In this document: in pieces, positions 40,601 to 52,415 of the stretch
How positions within the stretch are numbered: position 1 is the stretch's first letter
Layout of the letters: every line of letters begins with the position of its first letter
Assembly: GCA_040954595.2 (NCBI GenBank)
Contig: CM082594.2
Location: 6,023,962 to 6,087,961, forward strand
Reading direction: 5' to 3'
From: Balanoglossus misakiensis
Lineage: Eukaryota; Animalia; Hemichordata
Length of the DNA: 64,000 bases
Notes under the pieces: model-generated
Told to the model about the DNA's origin: nothing
Databases searched by the model: none
What the model saw: only the letters and a program-made list of their open reading frames with translations
Translations under genes and position numbers: made by a program

Positions 40601-43600
40601 AAATTACAGGCGACACTTAAAAGGGTGTCTCTGGCGGAGGAACTATATGTGGATCCACGCGGAAGAGTCAAAATAGCAGGGGCGGTGATTCGGACGCTCT
40701 TACGCGAAGGCTTTGACGTTGATTGAAAGAAATCCGACAGTTCTTTGGCCTGCTCTATCAGATAACACATAACCATTTCATGGTAATTTAAGACAATGCA
40801 CAAGAGGATATTAATCTAAATAACACACTCTCTGAGTTTTAAAAAATCAATGAAGATCAGGGTCATTATTCATGCCATACTATAGCCACTATCTCGCCCA
40901 GCCTCATTCCACGTCGCACTAAAACATCGTGACGCGGCATCGACTCGGACAGCTCGTCATCATTAGGTGCAGAAATAACATACAGCACATTTTTTTTGAA
41001 TATTTCACCGACAACATACGGTATATACGTGCCGATTGTCATCTACATGTATAACGCCGTGAGACAGGGTTATTCTGTGAGCGAGCACTAAGCCAATATC
41101 CCTGTCTTGTTCGGTTCAGTGGTTCGTTTCACTCAGCGCGAAAGTAAACAAAGACTTTTCTCAACTACATGGCAAATCCTGTGAAATTCGTCAGTGGTCG
41201 TTTCTTTCATTTTTAATTAATTCATAAGTTGAAACAAACACCCGGTGCCGGTGCGTCACCAACTGTCAACAGAATCACTGCAAACATCCTTTCTCGATAA
41301 ATATCTGACAAATTTTATTTCCGCTATTTACTCATCTTGCTTATTTATTCATAAAACAAGCGATTCATTAGTTGTCGCATGTCCAAGTGATCGATTGGCG
41401 AACGACTTCGATGAACCAGACACAATGCAAACACAAACGTGACGCTGTCACATTTCTTTCGCCGTCAAAAATCAAATCCACGAAGTCTCACAATGCCGGA
41501 TTTACTGGCGAACATCTCCGCGAACACAGGCCGCTGGCGAAACCGCATTTGCAGAAGCATAAATCGCAGAGTTCATGCGAATTTATGTGCATATTTAAAA
41601 AAGAAAAACAAGATGTCTGGAGATAGGCTTCATGCTGCTGACCTGAATCCGTCATATATGAGAGCTGGTAATGTTTAGTCCGTAAGAAATAACTGAGTTA
41701 AGGCTGTCCGCGGTTGAAATGCCACACTGCGTGGATAATTAATATTTAAACGGAAATACACCAACGTGATTAAAGTTAGTTCGGGTTTATTTTTAGTGGA
41801 GAGTGGAGTCAATGCTGATTTTATGTTCGCGAAGCACCGAGGGAGCTCTCTGCGACGGTACAGTTCTGAAATGAGGCAGATTAACGGAAAGCATTCAATT
41901 ACTGTGTCACGACTGTGAATGGAAATAGAATGGGATACCCAGCATGTATTTGGTGTCGTCTGGGCGGGAAAATGCAAGAAAGCGTGCAAGGAATTCTGGC
42001 TGCACAATCAGATCTCAAGGAGGGATGCTATAGACAGCGGTATTATCACAGGAGAGCAATAATACTTGGAACGGCGATTTAAACTCTTCCTGTATTTTGC
42101 GTTTAAGATAGTATGTGTCTCGACCATCGAGGTCTTAACTATTTTCTCATACTTTTCTCAAGGCTACTTAATTCAAAGAACTTGAGTTAACAATTTTTGA
42201 ATGAGTGCAAAATTGCCTGACATCTGAATATCAAAATGGCCGCCAATCTCTGTGTTAACTGTATGGAGAATTACTATTTTAGTGATTTTTTACAAAAACA
42301 AGAAGGTAAACAATCTACTAGCTCGTTTTTTAGCTTGAAATGACAGATTTTAAGGACCCTTTTTTCTGAAAATACTACCTTTAATGGAGCTAGCACTGTA
42401 GATTAGAGGGTTTGTACTACACGGGGCAAACTGAATAGCTACGGCGCGTGAAGTATGGCTTGTGGTGCGAGTTGCTAAACCACAGATGTAAAATCATGGC
42501 TGGCGCACAAAGTCCAAAGTATGCATGTACATGTATTACTTGTATCAAATAACTTCTCAACTTTTGATTTATCATCGATCAGAACAGCCCTGCATACCAT
42601 CGCTTTAGTTGGAGTACCCGTCTGAACAAATCGACTTGCTATTAATACACTAGCTGAAGTTATGTTGAGATGTCCTCCTTAATTGGTCACACGTGCACGC
42701 ACGTCCGCAACACATTTGTCACGGGGTGCATAAAAAACGCCATCAATCCAGTACGGCCACTGCAGACCAGTACATACGAGGAGTGACGTCATTTGGCGTT
42801 AATGGTGATTTACACATGATGGTCCCTATTCACGTGATCGTATACTTCTTGCGTTGGAACAGAAAATCGGACTTTCCTATTGTTAAAAGCGGTTGAAAAA
42901 AATGTGTCGTTGACTACAAGGGTGGCCATGTAGAAAGTGTGACTGGCTGAATTTTTTACATGAAAAACCGTTGTGCTGGCAAGGTTTTTTTGAGTGGAGC
43001 GTTTAGATTTACGAGCGACGAGTTAATCTCAGCGTGTCCCCGACTGTTTGCCCAGTAACGGGTCATCCCAGAGGTCATCTTTATAACTGACAAGGGTGGC
43101 AAAGTTTACGATGTGTGAACAGGTACGGTGTACTTGTTAACACCCTCCGCTCACCAACGAAAATTAAACAGACCGACAACCGCGGTCGCACCACCAGCAT
43201 GAGTTACGGCCCGAACAATGGATTGTTTTCGACTCCATACCAAAATAGAACAATAACACCTCGCCCTTTGGACGCGGCGGTTCGGACGACGACCCCCGCG
43301 CCGCACTGAAGGACACCATCCGTATATAACTCATGTAATTATTTCAAACCAGGGCTCAAACAAATCCCTGTAACCTCCTCGGCTGCAGAAAATGTCCGCC
43401 ATATTGTTTTTTTTTCTCCCGACAGACGGCCGTAACCTGAACATGGACATTTGATGGAACCAACCAACAAAACCTCATTGCAATTCTCCTCTCATCCGTC
43501 TACAGGGCACGTGCCGAGCAACTTGATTGACTTGCAATAACAGTTTGCTGCAAAACACCAATTTTCACCCAATCAGGAAATTATCGGTATTGCAAAGTCC

Positions 43601-46600
43601 GTGTCAGCACGCGAATACAAAGACTTAGAAAAAGAGCACGTTGTCTAATATCCCGTCTGTTCATCACGAGACGTTATTGCAAATCTTCTAGTGTGTTGCG
43701 CATGCTCACGACTGCACCTGTTGATTCAACTGATTATAAATGCATTTTCTACGCTTTTTAGCAGAAATAAACCGCCAAAAAGATCAAACATCAGTTTTCC
43801 TCGAATTGCTCCTCGAGTTATCTGCGTCGGACAGACGTCGAAATATTGTTGGGGTCGTCTACAGGAAAAATGCCGTTGCGGTCACAGGCGAGGAAACGAG
43901 GGTGACCCTTTGATTTTTGTCAAATCCATCACGCGCATACAAGGGGTTGGCTGGCGGCGGTTCAAGAATCCCATGGACACCAGTCGAGCGAGATAAGAGG
44001 CATTCTTTTGCGTGTGTGGAACCCCACGCCCACAAGTTGTTGAAAACTGTGTCGGGTGCACGCAATTTTGATTGAAAAATCAATACGATTCCTATCATGC
44101 GTAGCCGACGTGGGAGGCTTAGGTCGATCTGAATTTCTGAGTTCTTTCTTGGTGCTGCCGAGACTGTGATGTCATGATGCAAACTGCGCGCGACAACGTC
44201 GTCTGCGTCCGGCGTCTGGAAATCATGGCCGAACCGAAATGATCTCGGCTGATGGAACGACAAGACGCCGTCATGCGAAAGACAATATTAGCGAATCGGA
44301 GACAACATGTATATGCACCGCATCCGGGCGAAGCAAATTACATTTTACAAAATTAACTGCCTGGTTCAGTAAAGATGTCACGCTTGCGCTTGGACGGTTC
44401 ACCTTTCTAGAGGAACTGCGCAGCCATTAAAATATCCAATGTTACATTGAAGACAACATGGCAACCCAAGGTGTAATTGTACATTGTCAAAAACCTTCAC
44501 CACTGTACAATGCATATTGATATTTCATTTACTCTGGCGATGTTACTTTCACAGAAAACATCTGTACTTTTTATTACATCAATCAAAGTAATAAAGCTTA
44601 GTCAGAACCAGGACGCTCTGCTTTGAACAGGATATGACCCCACGAGTGGAGAGGCGTTTGTTTCCTCGTGAACACTCGAGAGCGGAAAAAGTGGATGGAA
44701 ATACCGAGGTGGTCGTTAATTTAACCATTCAAACATGTTTAATTTACAGGCTCGGTAGCCGAGATCAGGGGGTAACCAAACTCAAGAGATGCCGCGGCTT
44801 CTAGGCGTAAATAATAAATGGAGCTATCCATGACGGCGAATGCTTTGCAGCCACAATGAAGATTAATGCATCTGATTAATATCTGCGGAACCTCCACTGT
44901 ATAAGCCCTTGAGGAATAACAGCGCTTCTCCCGGGTCTTAACCTATTAACTCTACCGGAAGTTAAGTGACGCACTGGCACAGACGCGCTACCGTGGTGGT
45001 CTGCGTTCGATCAGGAACCCCCGATGCCCACAAATCATGCATACATGTCACGGGGGTGCCATCTAACGATAAAGAAATGACACGGATCATGGAGTGCGCG
45101 TGAAAGCCTTTCGACTTCTCATGCGCATACAGCAAGCACTGCCAGGCCACTTGGAGAAAACGGGTCTGCCATCATAGGATCGGAGTGCGTGTCAGCATAA
45201 CCGACAGCGTGTAATTCAAATTAAATTGGTTGTTCTGTGCGCGTACATCTGGCGTCGAGCTGTAAACCTTAATTAGTCACTGCCGATTAATGCGTCACTT
45301 TGAATTATTTCTCAGCGCAAATTGAAGATCAGTACTTGCACACACCGAGTTGCGCGCAGATCTCTTTTTTTACGTTCGTTGCTAAGGCTATATCGTGCTC
45401 TACCGGTCCTCATGTTTGAAAGGTACTCGACGCAGCCTACCCATGAGGGAAGGGCGGAGTCGCCAAAATTTAGGGCCCTGTCTTTGAAGGAGATGGCACG
45501 GTAACCCGCAAAATGAATACATGTTGCCACCGTATACATTGTACGTGTACAGACAGACGAAGCGAGCCACATTCAAGGTCAAAGGTCGCGCATTGTACTA
45601 GTAATTAACGGCCACCTGTTGCACTACTCGACATATTTGAGCAATCTAATTGAACAGTGTTAGCGTCAATAGCGCTAACTTGTTTAATTGAGATTGACAA
45701 ACATGTTGTCGAGGCTGTGATTATCCGGGGATGTTTCTGTCGCTGTTAATGGTAGTTTTTTTAATCTCACAATATCATATTTTTAACTCTCATTTATGTT
45801 AAATTACACGCTTAAAGCTATATACGCTGTTCTGGAGCGTATGCGACAACCTTTCATGACGTACTGCAATCCTCTAACGCGGACATTATCGAAATATATT
45901 TCACATTCATGTTGGAATAACCCGACTACATTCACAACACGTTAGCAATTATTTCCCTTAATAGCAGACCAAACCCTTCCTTCAAAATTAAACACAAGAT
46001 CGGAAAATCAAACGAGGGGCCAATAGAGTGCACCCGTGGGGAAGTCTACACACCGTTCAAAAATGTCTTTTATGGCAACTTAAATGGCGGTCATATACGG
46101 TTAGGGTTTTCAGTGGCCGCTGTTAACATAAACGGTGTTATGAGCCAGATAAAATAAGTGTTACACTTCCCATGATGCCTCAGAGTAAAGAATGGCCGCT
46201 GAACCGGTAAATAATTGATAGTTTCCCTTTCTCGTATCTTTTAATGATTTTTCAATTAAAAGTTAAACCCCGCTATCAGAAAATCTAAAGCAAATAGTGA
46301 AAAGGAGGGGCTCGCGGCGGTTGCGTTGAACCGGCGGCGATTCTTTGATCGAGTCTGGTTCTATGAACAATTTCTATCCTGCCCATTATGCGTGCATTCA
46401 ATGCGTCTTATCCCGCCCCTGTATTTTCCCTGCAATGCAGCAGCTAATCCTCCACGGCGTCTTTCCGTTGCTAGGCAACCGAAGCGTGCGCGGGCCATGG
46501 GTCACGCGCAATAGACTGCGATGTTTGAATTTTTTATCAACCCACAGAATGTGTGCTATTTGAATCAAAACTGACTCTAAAGTCAGGATTTAGTTTTTGC

Positions 46601-49600
46601 GAGGGTGTGACATTTTCGCTAAATATAGTGGGCGTCACTCTGGTTACAATATATTGCCGATTGTCGTGTTGTAATCACTGCAGTGCCGATCAAAATCGAA
46701 ATGCGCTGACTCTTGAATTCACAGGCTGGTTATGTTTAAAACATCGGTTTTCCCACATACACAATTTCTAGGGTTGCCATTGTTCATTGAGAATGTCGTG
46801 CATCCATTGTTGTCACGACGAACGACAAAAACAGATCTAATGAGATGATGCTAAAATAACTAGATCTTGCTTCTAATAACAAAACGCGGTGGTTTTCTTC
46901 AACGCTACACGCAACCACCGTATTCATTTGTTGTCGTCTGCTTAACAAATCTTGATTGCAGATGGCCCTCGGGAACAGCCTGTGTTTAAAGCAACATTGC
47001 ATGCGAAGCAAACACCAGAAATACATATAGGCTAGAATGAAGGCAGACATATTTGGATCTCACGACTACCATCATTCCTGGACCGCCTTCGGCTTGTAAG
47101 TCTCTCTATATCTACTACCCGACTCCTCTATTGTAATTATTTTATCTCGAGAGGTTGGAATTTTCTGCACTCTTTTTCGAAATAATTTACACTAGACGAC
47201 TCATTTGACCTGACCGGCAATGCGTGTATAACTTCTGATCAATTTGAATTAAAATGCTCAATCGATTTTCTATCTGCACTTCTTCATATATTTTGCGTTT
47301 GAATTACCGACACTGCTTCCATTTCGATAAAAAACGGAATTGTTGTACTTTATTCTCGCAGCAACAAAACGACTAAAACTATTTGACGGAAGTGATAAGT
47401 TCACGAAACAATAAACGCCCAGGAGGGCAATCCTTCCTTAATCCCAGGCGAAGGTCGCTACGGAGGGTTTAAACGCTGCCTTCTACACCGATATAAAGTG
47501 AAATGGAATTAAAATGGATCGATATGACCAGAGGCCACGATGAAAGTCCAGTGAGACAAATGAAACGGGAATTGATCAGCAAAATATTGGGATAAACTGT
47601 TACTCGGTGTAAGCTTATGTCAATATGTTCCCTGTCTGTTATTTTATTTAGTGGTTGAAACTTCCCTCCTCTATTATCTATAGGCAATCCGTTCGTATAT
47701 GTTGAGGAATGCCGCCCGTGTATCCATGGCAACCATATACACTGTTTTAGGTGCGCATATTTATTACCACTAGGACGGCGGTTACAAGATCTTCGCGACG
47801 CTTTGGTAGATATTATTGTTGTCGACCCGACTATTGCGTCAATCCTAGAAATGTACTGAAATTTACGTGTGCAGTTCTTAAAATGCACTTAGGAAATTTG
47901 CAAGATAAAAAAATCTCCTAATGCGTCTTTGAGGTCCGTCGGATTGCTTGCAGGCCACTTCGAGGATTTTTACAGTAAAACTAGCGAGAGGAAACACTCT
48001 TCGTAAATGCATTTTCTGAGTTGATCGCATATCCTGCTTGAAGTCGGCGAGGAAATGGCACGGGGGAAAAACTGAACAAGCATTGCAATGTACGTACGTG
48101 CCCTCGTTGTACCGGAGGAGACCCACGGCGTAGGCCATCATAGGCCATCAAAAAGACGAGGCTATTACGAAAATCGACCGTGTCCTCAGCGATGCGGAGC
48201 GGAGAGAGGGGGGGGGGTGATCTCAAACCTCAATCTCACGACCTTTGGAATGTTTTTTATCATTTGTTTACACTTCAGGTCGCTGTGGCGTGATATGTAA
48301 CTTCAGTGCTTTAAATCAACTCAGGTCAATACAATCAGACGTCATGGTATTTATTACCCATACGATTAACATCTGAGGACGAGCTGTGGCGCTGACGGGA
48401 ACAACGCCGTCCAGTGATGTTAGAGTAAATCGACTTTTGAAATAGGCGCGTATGTCTGATTTGAAACGTATACGGGCACACGTGACCATCGTGTTTTGTT
48501 TACTGGGGATGGGCCATCCATGCCGGAAGATACAGCAAGCTAACATAGCTAGACACACACAAACCATAGATAGATATACACAGGTATAGATAGATAGACA
48601 GACAAGTACGCATGCCCGCACGCACATGTACATACACAGCGGAAAACTGCAGGCAGCCGGCCATTACTGTATTTGCTTCTGTGCATTACGTCAGTACTTG
48701 TAGAGTGTTGATCTGCAGCGCTTATCTAACTGGACTCTATAAGAAGCTAATGACAGCGCAGCCACACTTGCACGTCATTAAAAACGCTATTGATGCACAG
48801 TGAATGCCAGAAAACAACCGCATTTGCGAAGCCAGGGCGATACTCGAGTCAGGGGGCGTATTCTGCGCAATTATAGATCAAAACGAACGCAACAATGAAG
48901 ACAGACATGATTGACGTGGGCATATTGAAGCAATATCGAGTCGGGGTGACGCAGCTGTAACAAGCTCATCTTAAAAAGATCCATCGGAAATTGAAAGCAA
49001 GAAGACGTCAGAATATACCGCACGTTTAAGCGTCATTGACGTTTTTCGATTATCTGTCTAGCTATCACAGCAAGGAATAAAATTTAATTTTTTGTGTGGT
49101 AATGAATAACATGTTTGCTCCCGGTGGAATTTATTTAAACAGAAAAAATCAAAGTGTTGTAAACAGAGTTCTAAGTCTGGTCCTGTTTAGAAACAATTTA
49201 GGTTTACACAGACCACGTACCTCCATGCACAGACTGAGCTAAAATTCCGGGTGTAAAGACAATTTCTATCATTGGTAAATTGGATTATGATATATCAGTT
49301 GGGATCTGGCTAATCCGCTGGGTAATGTATAGCGATCCCTGCTTTAGCTCTGCCTTCTTAAAATAACGCTAAGCTGGAGGCAGAAAGTGTAAGCAAATTT
49401 CAGACACTTTTGGTTTCCCAGGTGCGCGATATGCAAATGGGGGGGGGGGGAGTCGTGACGTCAGTCACCGTGGCTGACCATCACCCCGTCGCGTGACTGG
49501 TGCATTGTGTGGAAGATGATGTATGACAGATTATAAAACGATCATGGAATGCTAGTATATATCATTATGTGGGGGGTCATGTTGATTCAGCCAATTACGT

Positions 49601-49883
49601 TGGGTTTTCGGTGCCAAACGAGACAAAGTACGGCAAACCTGGCTAACTCTGCCTCTCACATTACGAAATGCGAGTTCGAATACTTCCGTCAATAAACTCA
49701 GATTTCCTCTTTCGGGTCAAACGCGACGTTGTAAGGAAAAACCTATAATTGGATTCATTTCTCTATACCGCTTAGATTTATGAACCCCTTAACGTCGCGA
49801 TTTTACGTCATTTTTTGTTCCTGTTTCGTTTATTCACTGAGTGTTTTTTTCCAACATAAAACAATAAAACACGATTATTCGCT

Positions 49884-49918
<35 letters not shown>

Positions 49919-50342
49919 AACCACGTTTTTTCTCTGATGTTGCACAGACTGTCGGTGCTGTATTTTGATAGCAAATTTTATCTACAGCCATCTGCTCGCA
50001 CGGTTTGTTTTCCCCCCGCTATGTGAGCTACCGAGTCAAGACTCGCAACACACGCTGTAAATCTGATCCGTCGCCAGATTGAAAACATTACATTATTTAT
50101 GCCAGATATGCAGTGCTCGGTCGTTTTGTAACACAGCACAGACTTATAAATGTGCAGAAATCGAGATATCAAATTGAAGCCACTCGTCTCGGGCGTACCG
50201 TTCTGAATGAATACATCTCAGATCAAATTTTCCTGGAAAAAAATTATGGGGGTTTTTCTTACACCATGTAACCCGACCAGGACATTGCAATGAAATACAT
50301 TTTTTTCCCTAGAAATTGCGATTGTTAGATCTCCGAACGGTG

Positions 50343-50379
<37 letters not shown>

Positions 50380-52415
50380 AGCTAATCACCACGATTTCAA
50401 TGCAAGATTTCAGTCTCACCATATTTGCCTGCTACATACAAACTGACGTATACACTGTTTGTGTTTGTTGTGACCTCAATGTGTGTATATTCGGTCACTT
50501 TGAAGTGTTTGTCTACTGGAGTACGCTGCAACATTAAACCATAAACCAAGCTGCCACAAGCAACAATAGCAGAAAAAAGAGTTTGTACTGTAACCTGTGA
50601 GAATGGCATGTATATTTTTCTACTCGAAGGATGTGATTTTCCGCCGAAGGTACCAAGAGTTTTACTGAAGAAGCCAGAAAGTAGCATATTGGGCAGTTGA
50701 CAGAAAATCCAAAGTCTCAAAAAATAAACGACGTTTTGACAGACACGAGCACAAAATCAATACTAAGCAAACATCTCTCATTGACGACGCCTGAATTTTT
50801 CCTATTCTTCTTTTTTTTGTTGGCAGTGTGTCAACACAGAGCATCGAACAGATATTATTATTTTAAAACCAGCAAAACGTGCCTGGGTTCAGTGAAATTG
50901 CTACAGAAGTAGCTGCCGACAAAGAGCTTCAATCGATAGCAGTTGTCCCAAATCGAAAATGTGTCGACAACATTGCCTGTGGCCTCGAATTCAGATGGCC
51001 GATTTAGGTCTCAATAATATACGCTTACTTTTCGGTAGACCATTCTATTGTTTGTTTGTACGTTTATACAATTATCTCGGAAACTGTCTGGCTGGTTAGC
51101 ACAAGTTACCTTCAATACAGATGCGTGCTTTGTACATTTTATTTACGTTTTACCGGGAATTGATGGACAGTTACAAATAGCTGACGCATAAGCCTATGTG
51201 CGCGCGACTGGTTGCGTAACACCATCTAGGGAGCGTGTTTGTGCGGCGTGGTAGTAGGGCACACGCGGGATTCGGGGTCAATGGAAACGTCCTTCGACGA
51301 GACATTGTTGATATTCGACCATGCCGTCTCACAACGAGGTTTCCAGTGGACGTTGCCGAAAAATGGGGCCCCTGATTCCAGTGTTGCGCCCTGTATAAAA
51401 CAACCACCGCCGGGGCGCGTTGCCTTGCACGTGCAAATAGCAACGCACCTATAATATTAAACGGTATTTACTACCACCGTTCGGGTGTTCTTACACTGGG
51501 GATTGATAAAACAATATTTTTTCTACATTATATAACAATCCCGGTGTTCATTAACATTAAGTAGCATTCAGGGAGACAACAATGTACTGGGAGGGTCTCC
51601 CATTGTTGAGTAATCTCCCGTAGAATTATTTAACAAGCAGTGAATTTTGAGGACTTACTTCTACTGTATGGGATAACGAACTTCTCGAGGATGTCTTTAT
51701 AACTGTTGTTAACGTTCTCGTCAAATTTCGCATATCCTTTAAAATCGCCGTTGACCGGGTCGTAGAAACCCGCCACGATAAAGTGCTGGAACAACGCACT
51801 GTTGAAAAACCAGCAATCGCGGAAGAAGGTCTCGTCCCGGTCCGCGTGCAGCACCGACGTGGTATTCCACTTAAAATTGGCCAGGATCTTCATGAAGAAA
51901 TCGGCCATCTTGAGGTATTGCAGATGGGTCCTGGTGATGCTCTTGAAGTCCGACTCCTCCCGCTTGTTGCCGAACTCTTTGGCCTGGGCGCCGGTGGTGA
52001 TCATGGGGATGTTCCAGTGGCCGGCGAATCGGGCCACCGCGGCCGACGCGTACTCGCACGCGGGGCCGAAGAACGCGTCGACCTGTTTGTCGGTGATGAA
52101 CTCGACGGCGCGGATGGGCGCCGCGGCGTTCGAGCACTCCGAGTCCCTGGGCCGGAATGTCATGTTGACCTTCCTGCCCCCGAAGGCCGACGGATCGGAC
52201 GCCAGGGTGGCGTGCGCTATGTCGATGGCCGGCTTGACCATCTCCAGCCGGTAGGGATACCTCTGCACATCCCCGTGCACGTTGCTCGGCAGAATGACTG
52301 CCAAGTTGACTGTTATGGTCTCTTCTTCCTCCTCCTCCTCCCGGGGATCCTGGCACTTGCAGAGAAGGGCTTGGAAGAACAGGGCCGACACAAACAGAAA
52401 CTTTGCTACCTCCAT
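6103..52415 (-). CDS. NPR1-like: Natriuretic peptide receptor-like protein, probable NPR-A/NPR-B-type receptor guanylyl cyclase; partial CDS join(complement 52415-51659, 24182-23863, 20683-20548, 18585-18491, 6235-6103), continuing beyond the window start
   Basis: Five exons with GT-AG boundaries splice in frame to 480 codons plus 1 nt. Motifs [68 protein letters not shown] and WP..P.DVPECGF..C match the ANF-receptor ectodomain of vertebrate NPR1/2/3. The exact orthology cannot be fixed without the intracellular exons. Confidence 0.93.
15967..16023. repeat. Compound (CAT)n/(CAC)n microsatellite
   Basis: Seen directly. Confidence 0.9.
18306..18417. repeat. 34-bp tandem duplication followed by an inverted copy (fold-back hairpin)
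   Basis: TGGCTGAGTAACGGTATTAGTCACCCCATTC occurs at 18306 and 18340. The inverted copy AAGGGAATGGGGTGATTTATACTGTTACTCAGCTA lies at 18383-18417. Confidence 0.92.
18491..18585 (-). CDS. NPR1-like: Coding exon 4 (95 nt): (G)[31 protein letters not shown]
   Basis: Acceptor TTTTTTACCTGTAG|GG and donor ACT|GTGAGT, phase 0. Contains the VSIDANGDR motif typical of NPR ectodomains. Confidence 0.94.
19804..20000 (-). mobile_element. Fragment probably related to the 42103-42384 MITE family, opposite orientation; right boundary uncertain
   Basis: Starts TTAAGGTA. Contains GGTGGCCATTTTGTTTTCAAAT, the approximate reverse complement of ATCTGAATATCAAAATGGCCGCC in the 42.2 kb copy. Confidence 0.35.
20548..20683 (-). 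CDS. NPR1-like: Coding exon 3 (136 nt): [45 protein letters not shown](G)
   Basis: Acceptor TTTTTTTCTCCACTCAG|GTC and donor GAAG|GTAAGA, phase 1. Contains the hallmark FHDA.LLY.LAL and WNRTF.G motifs. Confidence 0.95.
22570..22605. repeat. 18-bp tandem duplication
   Basis: AATATAAACTGTCT occurs at 22570 and 22588. Confidence 0.75.
22680..22693. promoter_or_regulatory. Perfectly palindromic RFX X-box-like motif in intron 2
   Basis: GTTACCATGGTAAC matches the RFX consensus GTNRCC(N0-3)RGYAAC. Function untested. Confidence 0.4.
23863..24182 (-). CDS. NPR1-like: Coding exon 2 (320 nt): (I)[22 protein letters not shown]...DFDKEGEH
   Basis: Acceptor CTTTGTCTCTTTCAG|TT completes ATT (Ile) with the last base of exon 1. 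Donor CAC|GTGAGT, phase 0. Strong similarity to the NPR3-type segment VVIMCASSDTIRSIML...WKRGDKHDFEAKQAY. Confidence 0.95.
27793..27826. repeat. (TTCA)n microsatellite
   Basis: Seen directly. Confidence 0.85.
28282..28343. repeat. Diverged 31-bp tandem duplication
   Basis: TCAGTTTAAAGGGACAGTGATACAC at 28282 versus TCAGTTTAAAGGGGCGGTGATGCAC at 28313. Confidence 0.75.
29247..29302. repeat. Diverged 28-bp tandem duplication
   Basis: CGCATTAGCGGAGCGGAATTCAATACA at 29247 versus CGCATTAGTGGAACAGAATTCAATACA at 29275. Confidence 0.8.
34637..34672. repeat. Poly-C run joined to a (CT)13 microsatellite
   Basis: Seen directly. Confidence 0.9.
36301..36360. repeat. Interrupted (GAT)n/(GAC)n microsatellite
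   Basis: Seen directly. Confidence 0.85.
42103..42384 (+). mobile_element. Degraded TTAA-flanked MITE-like (Kolobok-type) element
   Basis: The ends TTAAGATAGTAT...ATACTACCTTTAA are imperfect terminal inverted repeats with TTAA on both sides. The internal CAAAATGGCCGCC core has a reverse-strand counterpart near 19951-19975. Confidence 0.5.
49884..49918. repeat. (ATC)n microsatellite
   Basis: Seen directly, about 11 units. Confidence 0.92.
50343..50378. repeat. (ATC)12 microsatellite
   Basis: Seen directly. Confidence 0.92.
51659..52415 (-). CDS. NPR1-like: Coding exon 1 (757 nt): signal peptide plus N-terminal part of the ANF-receptor ligand-binding ectodomain
   Basis: ATG lies in GGCATGG context with an in-frame upstream TAG at 52436-52434. 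The N-terminus [19 protein letters not shown] is hydrophobic. Codons are GC-rich at third positions. It carries the GPACEY...HWNIPMIT motif and ends at the donor AGAA|GTAAGT (51658), phase 1. Confidence 0.95.

Noticed and set aside
51630-51658. Read-through end of the 261-aa ORF (SKSSKFTAC*) treated as a complete single-exon gene
   Set aside because: A consensus donor GTAAGT at 51658 splices in phase to exon 2, so these residues are intronic.
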